From contig JALDZS010000151.1 in NCBI GenBank assembly GCA_022813965.1, positions 1-60,160 on the forward strand: a DNA stretch of 60,160 nt. Direction: 5' to 3'. The notes below the pieces were generated by a model. It did not search any database and was not told where the DNA came from. It was given only the letters and a program-made list of their open reading frames with translations. Below, piece by piece: positions 21,335 to 35,941 of the stretch. A program made the translations under genes and the position numbers. Source of the DNA: Toensbergia leucococca (taxonomy: Eukaryota). Position 1 is the stretch's first letter; each line of letters opens with the position of its first letter.

Positions 21335-23299
21335 TTACTGTTTAACACCGACCACAACGAAATTGCGAGGGCTCTGTTGGTGTTCAAATACTGTCTCTAC
21401 CCAACACTCCTTGACTTCTTTCTGTTCGCGGAGATATAGCCATCGATCGATTACTATCGTTGACTCCACCACACCTGCACTAAACGCCATCAAGCTCCAG
21501 ATAACACTAAGATCCTTCTTCTTATCCCGAAATAGGTCTTCGTAGTGCATGATATCATCGTCAGAAAGATCTTGCATGCATTGTGCAATGTGAGACCCAC
21601 GGCTTCCATCCTGGACCAGCTTTGCTATAGCACCGCGTACATAAGTTGTGAATGAAGTATAGCAAGCCTTTCGCAAGGAACCAATGATGATTGCTTGGCC
21701 GACTCCACTCCATCCGCGGGGACTACCGCCCTTCGTCACTGAGCCAACTTTCGCAGGCTTCTCCACCACGCCATAATCCACGAATATCCGTTGAAGCAAA
21801 GCTCTATAAAAATGGCGCTTGAAAAAAGCTTCGCTCTCCGTGATTGTCCAATTCTGCGGCGCTTGCACAGCCATCATTCTTGCAGTAATATTCAAGCGTA
21901 TTCCCTCTCCATGCTGATGTCGAAAGAACGTGAGTCGGTTGGACATGGGAAATCCGTGAGGATCGCAAGCATCCGAGGTCCGGTCAAGCCGTGGGTGAGA
22001 AGGACGCAGTGCGGGTATTTTGTAAGAAGGCGGCCCAAGACGTTCAGTGACAAGGTTATAGCAACAGCCGACCATGGCAACAGCTTTGACAGATGGATTT
22101 AGAACTAAGGAACGAAGTCCATGGTGCAATAAATTGCCGCAGGAGTGGAGTGAGACAACCATTAATTGTAGTGTTGGCAAGACTTTATTCACAGTAGTAG
22201 AATCAGGAGTCTGTAGTTCGTGCGTAGGTGATTTTGGTACTAGATGTGTTGAAGATCCTGAATCCGCACGAGACTCGATGGTATTGCCTTTCCATTCATC
22301 ATTAGAAGTCTCTGTTAATTGCTTAATCACAGACGAGAGGTCCCCGTTTGATATCACGGACTCAATATACTGTACATTCCCGTCACATTGTTCTTTCGAT
22401 GTATTTGTTGGCAATATTTGCTGATTTTCGAGCGATTGTCGGCGATTCGTTGAAGGCAATGTACCTGCAGGTACTGATTCATCACGTGTAACCTCTTGGC
22501 TTTTTCCTTCCAAAGTCAGAGTGTCTACTCGATACTGTTTCTTGTTCCGGAATCTCTTTTCCTTCTTCGCAAGCTTCGCAGTCACATCCATTCCCTTGGC
22601 TCCATCAATGTTAAGATGCTTGCTCTCTAAAGCCACGATTTTCTTGTTGTAAGGCGGACTAGCCAAAGCTCGACCAAGATAATTTTGACCTGAACCGAAG
22701 TCAACGATATGCGTGATTTGATTTGACTCGTCAACGGTCATGTCCGATATGAGATCAGATATGTACCTAGAAAAGTTCTCCACTTCATGCCGCTTTTTGA
22801 CGTTCATACCGACAGAAACATTTCGTGCCAATGCCCCGTTATTAGAGGCAGGGAACGTATCTTTTTCCGTTCGGTTGAGATTGAATGTCCGATCTAAGGT
22901 ATGATTGCGTATTACTTGAATATAGTCCACAAGACTTGAAGGTGGAATGGGACCTCCGCGCCATGTAGTCTCATGTCCTGAAAGCCGCTCCTTGAAGAAC
23001 CCTTGATTTGCGTCTGAAGTTTTGCCCATTTCAAAGAATGTATGAAAATCGGTTAGATCCTCTCTCATTAGAAGATCTAAAATATCGGATATTTCATGTA
23101 GTTGAATCCAATCCCTCCATACCTCGCACAGGAGGGTGCTGTACAAATCTGGTTCTTGAGTAAAAAAATCTAGGATATGAACACCTCCACACAACTTTTG
23201 AGAAAGCTCGGAAGAGCTGACAAAGTCCAACAGAGATTCTACATACTCGTCTGCACTTGTGAAACATGAAGGCAGCGGTAGTAGTATTTTTTTTGCCAT
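21335..23299 (-). CDS. METTL25/RRNAD1-like SAM-dependent methyltransferase (Methyltransf_32 type)
   Basis: Long intronless ORF with GMNVKKRHEV, IVDFGSGQNYLGR, VSLHSCGNL, MVGCCYN, VESTIVIDRWLYLRE and SPRNFVVVG. Confidence 0.9.
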   Translation of the reverse strand: MAKKILLPLPSCFTSADEYVESLLDFVSSSELSQKLCGGVHILDFFTQEPDLYSTLLCEVWRDWIQLHEISDILDLLMREDLTDFHTFFEMGKTSDANQGFFKERLSGHETTWRGGPIPPSSLVDYIQVIRNHTLDRTFNLNRTEKDTFPASNNGALARNVSVGMNVKKRHEVENFSRYISDLISDMTVDESNQITHIVDFGSGQNYLGRALASPPYNKKIVALESKHLNIDGAKGMDVTAKLAKKEKRFRNKKQYRVDTLTLEGKSQEVTRDESVPAGTLPSTNRRQSLENQQILPTNTSKEQCDGNVQYIESVISNGDLSSVIKQLTETSNDEWKGNTIESRADSGSSTHLVPKSPTHELQTPDSTTVNKVLPTLQLMVVSLHSCGNLLHHGLRSLVLNPSVKAVAMVGCCYNLVTERLGPPSYKIPALRPSHPRLDRTSDACDPHGFPMSNRLTFFRHQHGEGIRLNITARMMAVQAPQNWTITESEAFFKRHFYRALLQRIFVDYGVVEKPAKVGSVTKGGSPRGWSGVGQAIIIGSLRKACYTSFTTYVRGAIAKLVQDGSRGSHIAQCMQDLSDDDIMHYEDLFRDKKKDLSVIWSLMAFSAGVVESTIVIDRWLYLREQKEVKECWVETVFEHQQSPRNFVVVGVKQ

Positions 23300-23664
23300 C
23301 TTAATCCAATCAATGAGAAGTGCAGACACAGAAAGGCAAGATGCTGTACATCATGATGTACCTTAGGAGATCTATACTACCAACATTCAATTTTGACAAC
23401 CAGGTAGAAATTCTAAGTGGGGCTTTGCCACTATTGAATGAGTAATTGAGATGCAGTGTGAAAACGAAGGAGACGATTTCGGCACCATAGAGACCAAGGG
23501 GACCATGCCGCGTACGGTGGCCATGATAACGTAATGACGCATAGGTATGGGCAACGAAGCCAACCTTTTAGGCATCAAGGTCGTCCAAGACAAAGCTGGA
23601 TTTTGCAAATACTCGTACGAATTCATATAAACATTGAAAAAATTTCCCTCTTTCCTACGGCAGT

Positions 23665-24505
23665 ATGATTTCTTCCAATGACCAGGACGATCCTTTCTTA
23701 CAAGCTCAAGCGTATGTTCAAGCTCTGCCACGCCAAATAAGTCACTAATGCGCCGTCCTAGAGATGTACTTTCTACACTCAATACTACCAGGCCACTTTT
23801 TACTTCGTATCTTCGTATCAGGTCTCTCACTTCTTCAGCATCGTCCCCAGAGCTGAAGCAAGCACGCAATGAACTTGAGTCTACTCTCCAAGATCTAACC
23901 TCCGACCTCCAAGATCTGGTCGACAGTGTGAAGGCTGTTGAAGGTGACCCGTATCGATATGGCCTGGATATTGATGAGGTTGGACGTCGGCGGAGACTGG
24001 TGGAAGATGTGGGAGGAGAAGTGGGAAAAATGAGAAAAGAGCTCGTCAGGACGGTAGCCAGTGCACAAGATGGAGCCAATGGTCATATGTTGCCACCCCC
24101 TTCAGCCTTTGAGCCAGACTCACCGGACGGCGATGATTACGGTGCTTTTGAGCAGCAACGGCAGGAAGAAATGATGCATGAGCAGGACGAAGCTCTGGAT
24201 GGCGTTTTCAAGACTGTCGGCAATCTACGACAGCAGGCTGATGACATGGGCCGAGAATTGGAGGAACAAGCAGTCATGATCGATGAGGTCGACACTTTAG
24301 CGGATAAGGTGGGCGGAAAATTGCAGAATGGTATCAAAAGAGTTGGCTGGGTCATCAAGAAGAACGAGGGTAGGTATCACTGTATACAAGTGAGCATCAT
24401 CCCATGACTAACTGATATTGATGACTAGATACTATGTCGAGCTGCTGCATTGCAATCCTTATCTTTGTCCTCATATTACTTCTCATCCTCGTCATCGTGC
24501 TCTGA
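23665..24505 (+). CDS. TLG1: Syntaxin-6/Tlg1 Qc t-SNARE
   Basis: DPFLQAQA|DVL N-terminal Syntaxin-6 domain, SNARE motif EQDEALDGVFKTVGNLRQQADDMGRELEEQ, and a final exon SSCCIAILIFVLILLLILVIVL TM anchor. Confidence 0.92.
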
Positions 24506-25849
24506 CAATAGAGCTACCTGAAGGACTCTTTGGATGCTTTGCAGATACCGAGCAGCTGGTCGACGTCGGGCCACAACACATGTACAGTGAACCATTACTG
24601 TACCAACATAGAGCTTGCCAGTCGGTATAGAGCCAAGAGTGGTGCAAGCTGCCCTTGTAATAGCCTATCATCCAGTCAACTAGAAGGTCATGCTTACCGG
24701 TAGACCCGTGGCAAGAAAGCTACAGTGCGAAACACTTCTGTCGCCTGAAAGTTTGCGCCGAATTCGCTTTGGGGCGATAGCTGAAGATTAATTGGAGATA
24801 AAACTACGCAGACACTCTAAAATAATCGTTGTCAACCTTACAAAAAAATGTTGCAATTGGAGCCTCCCAGGAACACGGACTCTCCGAGATACTCACCGGG
24901 CAAGGAAGGATAATCGAAGTTGCCTACATTTTTGAAGAGATATTACGCTTTCAGGCGTCCTATCTCCAAACCACCATCGGGATGGTTATGTTACTCTTGT
25001 CGGCCTACACTTCTCATGAGTCAACGAGTCAACCAACACACTCACCGTTTACTCTCGCCACAGTGAGTTATACAACTCTATTTAGCATCTTCTATCTCTA
25101 ATATTTAGCGGTTCAGAGAATATGGAAACCAGATTTTAGGCTGGGCATCATTGTCGTCTAAGCTTCATCTCTCGATTCCCATGATCTTTAGTGGGCTTTT
25201 TGGGAACTCGGACAGTCAATCAACAAATCTAAGAACCGACACGCTAATTTCTTCCGTCATCCCCATCTCACTCGCTCCCTTTATCATCAAATCCAACTAC
25301 CTCGCCCAGCTCGACACGCTTACCGAGATGGCGCCAAAAAGGACCAACGACTCAACAAAGAGTAGCGCCGGCTACTGAACCGCACGCCTAGACTCGAGGT
25401 TCTAGCGGCTCGGCCTGATAACCTAGCCAGCATCCGAGAGCCAAGGATAGATTGTTTCGGGGACTCCACCACCTCAGTATGGACGTGATCAGGGGTAGAC
25501 AATTCATAAAGCATTCAAAACTTCAACCTGGCATTCACAGATGAATGAAATAAGTCAATGCCAAAGCTCCAGAGCCGGCGAGAGGTGTTACTGGGAAAGC
25601 GTGTTTTATTGCAGGAAAAGCTGCGCTCGGATGAAGGGACTAGGAGCCTGATTAATACATTCTCTGTCTTTCGTTATACAAGTTCTTTAGTCTATATTCC
25701 CAAAACACCCTCTCCCTATCGCCCAAACCTCCTCAACTCCAACCACCTCAGCGGCGGGAACGTGACAAGCGTAAACCCCGCCCCCACTCGTGGGCGTGAA
25801 ATGCAATGGGGGTGACAGGGGGTTTAGCTTAGGCTTTTATAGGGGTTAT

Positions 25850-26830
25850 CCACTCAAAACATTAGATCTAGAATCAATTCAACCTGTTGATGTTATCTAG
25901 CCATCGCGAATACCATGGAAAGATGAGGGGAAAAATGAGGAGTCCGCCGAGGGGAAGTCATGTGACTCCATATGCCCTGACGGATTACCTCGGAAATAAT
26001 CCCCTCATATGTTTCCATTTGGCTTGTGTTCTTATTAGGAATTGGGTATATAGATGAGGTGGAATCCCTCCAAAAGTTATCATCGAATAGAGAGTCTTTC
26101 GACCCATTTAGTTAATCCAAAATTCATTTATCCAAATGATCACCTTTTCCTCAATGATCTTCTATTCATATAAATATCGATCCTAAACCTCAATACAACC
26201 ACCATGATGGAGCCACCATGTATCTCAATTCATCGTAAATCTCAGTGGAAAGAGGCCTCAACTCAACGGAAGGCTAGATCATATCATGATGTGAATTCTG
26301 AATCTAAAGGCAAGCCTTTATGAAAGGTTCTCAAAGCACATGAGGTATCTCAGATGACCGGAGAATGCTAGCTACAAGCACGTCAAAAGTATGACTCAAT
26401 AATCACACGCAACAATAATAAATGATGATGTGAAAGGCCTTGCAAGATCTTGAGTTCAGCCCTTAACAATCTTCTTTTTTCTGACACAAATTCTGTGTGA
26501 AATTGATCTATTGAGGAGCAAATTCAGTATCACAACGTTCCTAATTATACATGCACCTTACAGCAGGATCTGAAAATTATAAAGAGAAAGGCCAACAAGT
26601 ATAAATGAATCAATGTCAAGAGATTAAGTTAGAAAATCAAGAAGGCTCAGGTAGATTATGAGGGATTACATAAAGATAAAATCATGAATTTCTTCTAACA
26701 ATTTGTACAATCCACAGATTAAGCAAATCATGATGATTCTTCTGTATTCATGAAAGGATGTTAAGGGAGGAAGGAAGCCATTATGAGTCAAAGAATACAA
26801 AGAAAAGGTTCAACTTAAATGGTGTGTATG
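25850..26830. mobile_element. Probable degenerate repeat relic (AT-rich, CpG-poor, no ORF)
   Basis: About 1 kb with no long ORF in any frame and strong CpG depletion with TG/CA excess, similar to 39000-39800 and 59400-60160. Family not identifiable. Confidence 0.35.
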
Positions 26831-27464
26831 TCTAAGCTTTCTAAAATGTATAGGACTGATTTGTTAGGTCTTGGGCTTCATTGAATTGACAATCATCTCT
26901 GGTAGGCTCAAGGTCATGGCTCAACCACGCTGCAGACTTCGATTCCCCAGGTCTCGCAGGAGCTGCATTGCGTTTAGCATCTCTTTCTGCAGATGCCACT
27001 TCAGCGTTGTCTAAATGTAGATTGGCCTGGCTGATGGAGCACTGCATCGCATCAGCGTTCAAGCAGAATGGCATCGGGCAATCGGTGCTTGAAGAAGTGA
27101 GTCGCTGCTGGACGGGGTGCTAAGGTTATTCTATTCTATTCTAGTTCTAGAGGATGGAATCTTGGTAGTGAGGCAGGGAAATGAATCCTTGCTCGAGGCC
27201 ACAGCCCCCACAGCCAAGCATTCATTGGTTGAAAGATTTGTCAAGATTCTGTCCGTCTACCAATCTGCCACTCAATCCAAAGTCAAAAGAATCCTATCAT
27301 GGCTCGATGGCACCAGCGCCGCACACATACATCTTTGGCCTTGCGCCGTCCTGCAACTTGCAATATGCAACTTTGACGCTTTTTTCCCTCTACCTTCGCT
27401 GAACACATTCGTTGTTTTTTGTCTGCCTTTTCCATTCGTCGTTGCATCTTCAAATGAGTATATA

Positions 27465-28474
27465 ATGTCGCTTCATAATCTACAATTACTGTTCTTCCGC
27501 TTCTCAATTTCCCTCCTCCTGGCCAGTCTACTCGTGATTCCCCATGTACGGGCAGATTGCTACACCTTCAACGGCACCCTCAACCCCGATCCAGACTATC
27601 AGCCATGCGACTCGATCGAGGGTTCCACATCCATGTGCTGCGCGACCAACCGCACCACCGACGGGAACGTGGACGTCTGTCTTCCCAACGGTCTTTGTCA
27701 GAACTTCGGCCTTGACTCAGAAGGCAACAAGATCCCTGATACTAACGGCGGCTACTGGAGAGAAACCTGCTCCGATCAAAGCTGGAAGAGTCCTTATTGC
27801 TTGAAGCTATGCATCTCTTCCGGTGAGTAGGCACTGGCGGATGGAAGTCTAGAAGGATCTCATCTGACGGTAGGGTGTTAGGGGATTATGATGCGTCTTC
27901 AGGCTATTTTGATGCGCAGATTGCCGACTGTGGCAACAGTACATATTGTTGCTCTTGGGATAATAAGAGCTGCTGCAGCCAGGGCACACCCACACTTATC
28001 GCCGCCGTCGTTGGTCCGACCAGCTCAACATCCTCCTCTACACCAACGTCAACAATCTCAACATCAACGTCCTCCTCAGCATCCTCTACCACCAGTTCCG
28101 CATCAGCAACTCCAACGAACCAAGGCGGGGGTGGACTGAGCACAGGCAGCAAAGTAGGCATCGGTGTTGGCGTAGGCGTGGGAGTTGTGGCCCTATCAGC
28201 GCTTTCGGCCGCATGGTGGTTCTTTCGCCGAAAGCGTGGAATCAATGGCCGAGAAAAGGACAAAGGGGCTGGATTTGAAAACGACAAGGTGCGTTCTGGT
28301 ATTGGTCATCCTGAACTCTGGAATACATCTCTAATCAATGTCGACTGCTAGACTAACAAGTTCCTGGCCCATGAGATGTCGGGCTCTGGGATGGATCACG
28401 AATTACCCTCGGAATCGCTGAGGGGAGAGTTGGATGGAACGCACGAGACTCCGCTGGCGGAACTGGGGGATTAA
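27465..28474 (+). CDS. Single-pass Mid2-like cell-surface protein: signal peptide, Cys-rich ectodomain, Ser/Thr stalk, TM, cytoplasmic (H/A/G)EL repeats
   Basis: Exons 27465-27822, ~27882-28288 and 28352-28474. Motifs CY..NG..PC...SMCC...CLPNGLC...YWRETCSDQSWKSPYCL, YCC...CC, GLSTGSKVGIGVGVGVG and WWFFRRKR. Confidence 0.85.
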
Positions 28475-29843
28475 TGGGGTGAGTGTGGAGGAAAGGTTTT
28501 AAAGGGGCTTCATTGTATGGAGTAATCTACACGCTTGCAGCTGTAAGTTCTTCGTAATGTCATACATAATTTTACAAGATAATAGTTTTCCGCAGCTAAC
28601 AGTCCATTGGTTGTTGGTCAAGATTTCCTACTTTGTCTCTCTAATACTGACACATGAGCACGCCCTTATTTTTCCCTATGTCCGGGACCTCTTTTGCCAA
28701 GACCGCGGGCACAAGGTTGAAAACTTCAGCTGATGATGTGACGAACCGAGCGAACAGTTTCTAGTCAGCAGAGTGGGAGAACAAACCTACTTAATACCAA
28801 CGTGGTAAATTAACCATCAAAGGATGTGCCCACACCAATCATGCCGCCAACATCCCTCACTCCCTATTCCGCAGAACATCACGATCCACCACCCCCCAAG
28901 CCATCGAACCTCCATACTCGCCAGCGAACCCTCCAAAGACCTTCAGCAACCTCCGCGATCCGCAGAACACAGCACCGCCCTCATCAAAGTCAGATTCGCG
29001 AACCGAGACCAAGGCTCAAGAGCAACGACACAAACAGAGTGAAATAGCGATTCAGTCAATGAGTACCGGGCGAAGGTTTCATGAACGTCTTGAAAGCATT
29101 TGAGAAAAAAGTGCCGGGTGGATGGGTTTTTGCCTTGCTACTTTCGACATCTTGTGGCCCTCTCCTTCGCGGGATATTCATGACTAAGGTAGAGATCTAG
29201 ATTCTCAACTCTCGAGTTTTGTTTTGGGCCCTCGGAAGGTACCTTTTTTTTTGTCACTGACTCCTATGAAGAAAGGCGTTGGCAGCGCTTTTCTTCGTGC
29301 TTAGGCGAAGGCTTTTTTTTGTTTTTTTTTTTTTGTCTGCTTGGGTTTGGGGACAATAGGGATGACTGGATCAAATATTTTGGGATGTGATTCTGTCAGC
29401 GCGATGAGGTCGCATGGTTGTGTGTTGGTGGGTTGGGGAAGTTAGGTATGGATGGGGTGCGGTTGCGGTGTGGATCGTGGAAGAGTCGAGGATTTTTGGG
29501 GTCGTGGGTTTTCTGGTTTACAAAGATGGGGATGGTATTGGTGGAATGGAGTGGTGTTCTGCTTTAGCGGAAGATTCTTTTTTGATCACGAGTTTTGATT
29601 GGCAGGAAGTCAATGATTTGAGGGATCTAATAAGGTCGACTCTTTTTGAATGGCGGAGCGAACAGCGCGAGTAAGGGTTTGAGGCTTGTGTGGTCTAGCG
29701 TTTGCTAAATTCTAGGCAGTGAGCTCTTTATCACTTCAGTGGCATCTGTCATAGATCCCAGTCTAATGATCAAGCACTATAACGCCACATACTCTTCTTT
29801 CTTTAAGAAACCGCTGTGGGGCATAGGGTATCAAACTCGGCTT

Positions 29844-31531
<1,688 letters not shown>

Positions 31532-32367
31532 GTCCTACAAGTAATTGACTCGTTGCTAGGGTTTGGAACAGAAAAAACAGAATGGAGATGCGTGAGGAAT
31601 CAAATGGGGTGTGGTGATATTGTCAATGTAGTGGTATCTCATATTATATACACTCTTCTTTCATCAACGGAAGGCGGGGAAACGAACACATGTCATATGC
31701 AGAGTATTTACGCCTTGGTCACGCAGTCCCATGTATACTTATGGATGGAAAAGCCAGCTTATGCATTGCTGCAAGGTGCTGATGAAGTAATTGGGCAAGA
31801 AGCCAAAACTCGCTATTTTCTCACCTCCTCTCTTTCAAAGCACTCCAACTTCGGCTTCTTGCGGAAGCTTTGTTCGGCGCGAGAAGCCGGTCCAGTGAGA
31901 GCAAGAACTCAATAGCTATACATTCATCGCTGATTCGGTCTGTCAATTGAGCTCAAAGATAAGCAATTCAGTTCACTGGATGTATTCTCGAATCAGAAGC
32001 AAAATTGGAAACCACATGACATCGAAGTACACGACGACAATGCAACAGTATAGAAATGACAGAAGTAAACGAGCATTCGAGGTAACGGAACGATAATCAG
32101 AATCCGCGAGGGAGGAGGGAGGGTTCAATGAAGAACAGATGAGATACCTACCTACTTGTAGTGACCGAAGGACCGAGGGGACGCGGACCCGTGAATGTGG
32201 AGAAGGAGCTATTCTAGAACCTAACTTAAAGGGGCTTAATGAGCTTGGCATGTCTAGGGTAAGAATTGAGATGAATAATACGGATATTCGATCTTGCACT
32301 GATACAATCAGGGAAAGCATGTAGCCCTCAAGCCAGGACGTTCTACGTCCGAGAAATCTCAAGTAAT

Positions 32368-35128
32368 ATGTCGCACACGGTCAAGATCAGCTCGCTGGCT
32401 GATGATCTAATAAGAGCCATCAGCGGTGCTTCGTCCAAGGTTTGTGCAAATCCCTACCTATTGTATCTTGAATTCTCTCTGACGTGACATCCTCACCCAG
32501 GACGCCGAGTCGGCCAAGCTCTACGCCTTACAGACCTTTGGAAATACCCGTTCTGCCCGAACCAATCCATTCGAGGTCGAAGCCCGTCTAGCAGGTCTGG
32601 AAGAGAAGTTTAGGGTATTGAATAATGACGAGTTGGCCGATGCCCTTCAAGGTCGGCTCGACCACCTCTTCAGGATTCCAAACAAATGGACTCCCGAGAT
32701 CCTTTCTTTACTCCTCGAATTATCCGACAGGCCAGCCCAGAAGTCGAAAATTGAGGATTTGGATGTTCTTAAGCCCGTTAATCCAGCACCTTCATTGACT
32801 TGGTCTGATATCCTCGCCGAGGACCCATTGGACAATCAGGATGGACTTTGGGACAATGTTAACTTCACCGGGAACAGCTCAGATGAAGATGTTGACCTAG
32901 ACCCTCCTACACCTGCACAGAGCACCCCAGAGACGGCCACAGAGCCTGAAAATGTAATGAGCTTTGTGGATAGAACCATTCTCCCTCCAAATGACTCAGA
33001 CCTTGAAACGATAATCAAAGCTCAGTTTTGGCAAAAGCCAGGCAGCTCCCCAAAATCCGACTCGGGTAATGATTCAAGTGTGTCAGCGATACTTATCACA
33101 GAAGGACAAATGATTCGAGAGGTCATGTTCATGCTGCTTGACTTGCCCACGTTGATTTTTATTCAGAATCAAGATTCAAAGATTTTGCCTGATTCACGAT
33201 ATAATATTCGCCATACCTCTGAAGCCTCAATTAAGAATTTGCTAGGGTGTTTTGCTATGCTGGGCGAAAGGTTAAGCATTATTCGTCAATGGGCTCTTAG
33301 AGTTGAGACGGTTCCTTTAGTGCAAACTTTCCAATCGGCACTTGCAACACGATTAGGGATGATTGATCGCATCTTTTCAACCATTCAGGCCCGATTCTTG
33401 GATCCACCAAAGCGGATGAAAACGACTCTGATAAGCCTTCTCGATGAAGTTTGTTCTCTTACACAGATAACCCTACAGCTTTCTGAGATTTTGACCAGAC
33501 TGAAGCTTGCAACGAAAGAAGAACTTCCCTTCAAGATCTTGGAATCTTTGTACGAAAGCACTTCTTGTAATCAAAGCATTGGATATTTAGAGGGCTACAA
33601 TGATATGGCCAAGCTCTTTTTTGAATGTCTACATACTTATCTTAAGCCTATACGGCTTTGGATGGAAGGCGGTGAATTGAATGAACTTGACCGTGTGTTC
33701 TTTGTCATCAAGAATTTTGAAGAGACTGCTTTAGAATCACTATGGCAAAAACACTTTGCTCTCAAAGTTGATATTGCTGGAGTGCTACACGCTCCTAAAT
33801 TTCTGCATGTAGCAGTCAAAAAGATCTTTACTACTGGAAAAAGTGTTTATTTCTTGACATGTTTAGGACAAGATACCATCGAAACGACGCTTCTTTCGGC
33901 GCAAGAGCCCCGGCTAGACTTTCAAAGTGTCTGTCAACCGGAAGACCCAGATCTCTTGAGTCCATTTCCTGAGCTGTTTGACCTGGCACTAGACAGATGG
34001 ATTGTGAGCAAATATCACTCTTCTTCCGTTCTCCTCCGAAACCAGCTAGAGTCAAAATCTGGCCTGTGGAAATCGCTAGATGCCTTGGAGAATGTATACT
34101 TGTCTCGCAATGGTTTCCTCAGTGCTATGGTTGCAAGTACCATTTTCGATAGAATTGATCGAGAGATAATCTCGTGGAACGACGGATTTGTTCTGACAGA
34201 GTTATTTCGAGAGGTGTTCGGCTCCCTTCGCTGTGTTCATAGCGAGTGTCTCGTAGTACGCTCGACCACTGGATCTTCCCAGGATTCGCAAAGCACCAGA
34301 CGGTCCGTAAAGGTTCTTAGTAGTGTTCAAGTGAGCTACTCGCTCCCATGGGCTGTTTCAAACATTATAAAAAAAGATTCCATCAAGACGTACCAGCGAA
34401 TTTCTATTTTTCTAATGCAGGTTCAAAGGGCAAAGCAAATATTAGAAAGACGACGAATACCAAAAAGCGCATTGCCAGAATCCGGCGGCGAGGATAGAAT
34501 AAAATGCTCCATGTATTCTTTACGCCATCGCCTTCTATGGTTCACCAATGTCACTGCAGCATACCTGATGGACGTGGTCCTTTCGGCGAGTACAGCAGAT
34601 ATGCGGATAAAAATGGCCAAGGCTGAAGACGTGGATGAAATGATCGCAGTACACGAGACGTATGTATTGCATCTCGAGGAACAAAGCCTGATATCCAAAA
34701 GACTAGCTCCTATCCATCAAGCTATACTCTCCATACTCAATCTAGCGATAGTCTTCTCTGATGCAAACGCTTCTCATCTCGGAGAAACGAAGCTGAATCC
34801 GACGACTCAACCCATAGCATTCAATGGCAGACATCATGATTCACAGTACAGGCGGCGTGACAAGAACGAGGATCTTTCAGATGATGACGATTCCGACTCT
34901 GGGGATGATGACGAGAAATTAGAAACCAATCATGACTCTCCTACTGCATCATCTCTTGAGGAGCAATTGAAAAAAATGCACGAAACCTTTATATCGCTGC
35001 ATGCTTTCGTGACTGCAGGACTTCGGGGCGTGAGCAGAGCTGGAGGTGAATCGTGCTGGGAAATACTCGCAGATAAGCTGGCCTGGAGTAGTGGGAAATT
35101 CGGAAATCATCGGAGTACTGGTGGCTAA
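32368..35128 (+). CDS. Gamma-tubulin complex component, Spc97/Spc98 family (GCP5-like)
   Basis: Exon 1 MSHTVKISS..SSK, intron to 32500, then RTNPFEVEARLAGLEEKFRVLN..WTPEILSLLLELSDRP, ITEGQMIREVMFML, PKFL..KIFTTGKSVYFL and YQRISIFLMQVQRAK. Confidence 0.85.
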
Positions 35129-35941
35129 GGGCCAAGGTGGTAAGAAGCACGCTGCATATAAAGTCCTATCAGTTATGCCCATTTCCAGATCTTTCGAGGT
35201 GTGAATGCCAGTTCACAGGCATCACCTATACTTGCAGTCAGTCTTGGGAGGAAAGGGGGAGAGCTCGTGCGCACATCAAAGCTTTTACGAGATCGGTACG
35301 AGCAACAATCTCCCCAACGCCATGGATCCATGTCTCAGATGCTCTCGATACCGCAATTCTGATACGTAAGCTCTTCACGCAACGACTATTCATCGGCAAA
35401 GCGAAATGCCCTCACCCTCAATCTCGCAGCCCCCGTTCCTCCCAACAGAACTTACCTTCCCACATACTGGTAGCGACGGTCCACCATCCTCTCAGCTTTG
35501 AAAGCACGCAGGTTCCCTTCAATCTCATTTTCAGAACCCACATTTTGGACTGCGCGCTCTTGGAAAAAGGCCATGCCTTTCTTTCAGTGGAAGAAACTTT
35601 GCAACCCCAGAACCGGCTTTTTCTTCTGCAGCACGGACTCCCGCTGGGTCCCGCTATCAACATTACTGAATACAAGCACTGTCGAAGGTACTTGGGGAGC
35701 CACTAGGCTCACTCATCACTCCTAGCTACGTAGGTAGAGATAGCTGGTTCAGCCTATCAGCCTTTATGCTGCACAAACAAGCCTCTCATCACCTCAAAAT
35801 ATGCGGAAACGCTTAAATCTACAAGATTTCTAACGGCTTCATGACATCGCCGCCACTCATGTTACCCCATACGTAGAACCCAAATCCAGTCCCAATCCCA
35901 CCCCCAAAGTCTCCAACTCCAAACCGGGCCCTCCACCCCGC

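Noticed and set aside
35137..35725. Overlapping ORFs between the GCP5-like and GMC genes
   Set aside because: No family motif or coherent splice structure. Probably 3' UTR or intergenic sequence.
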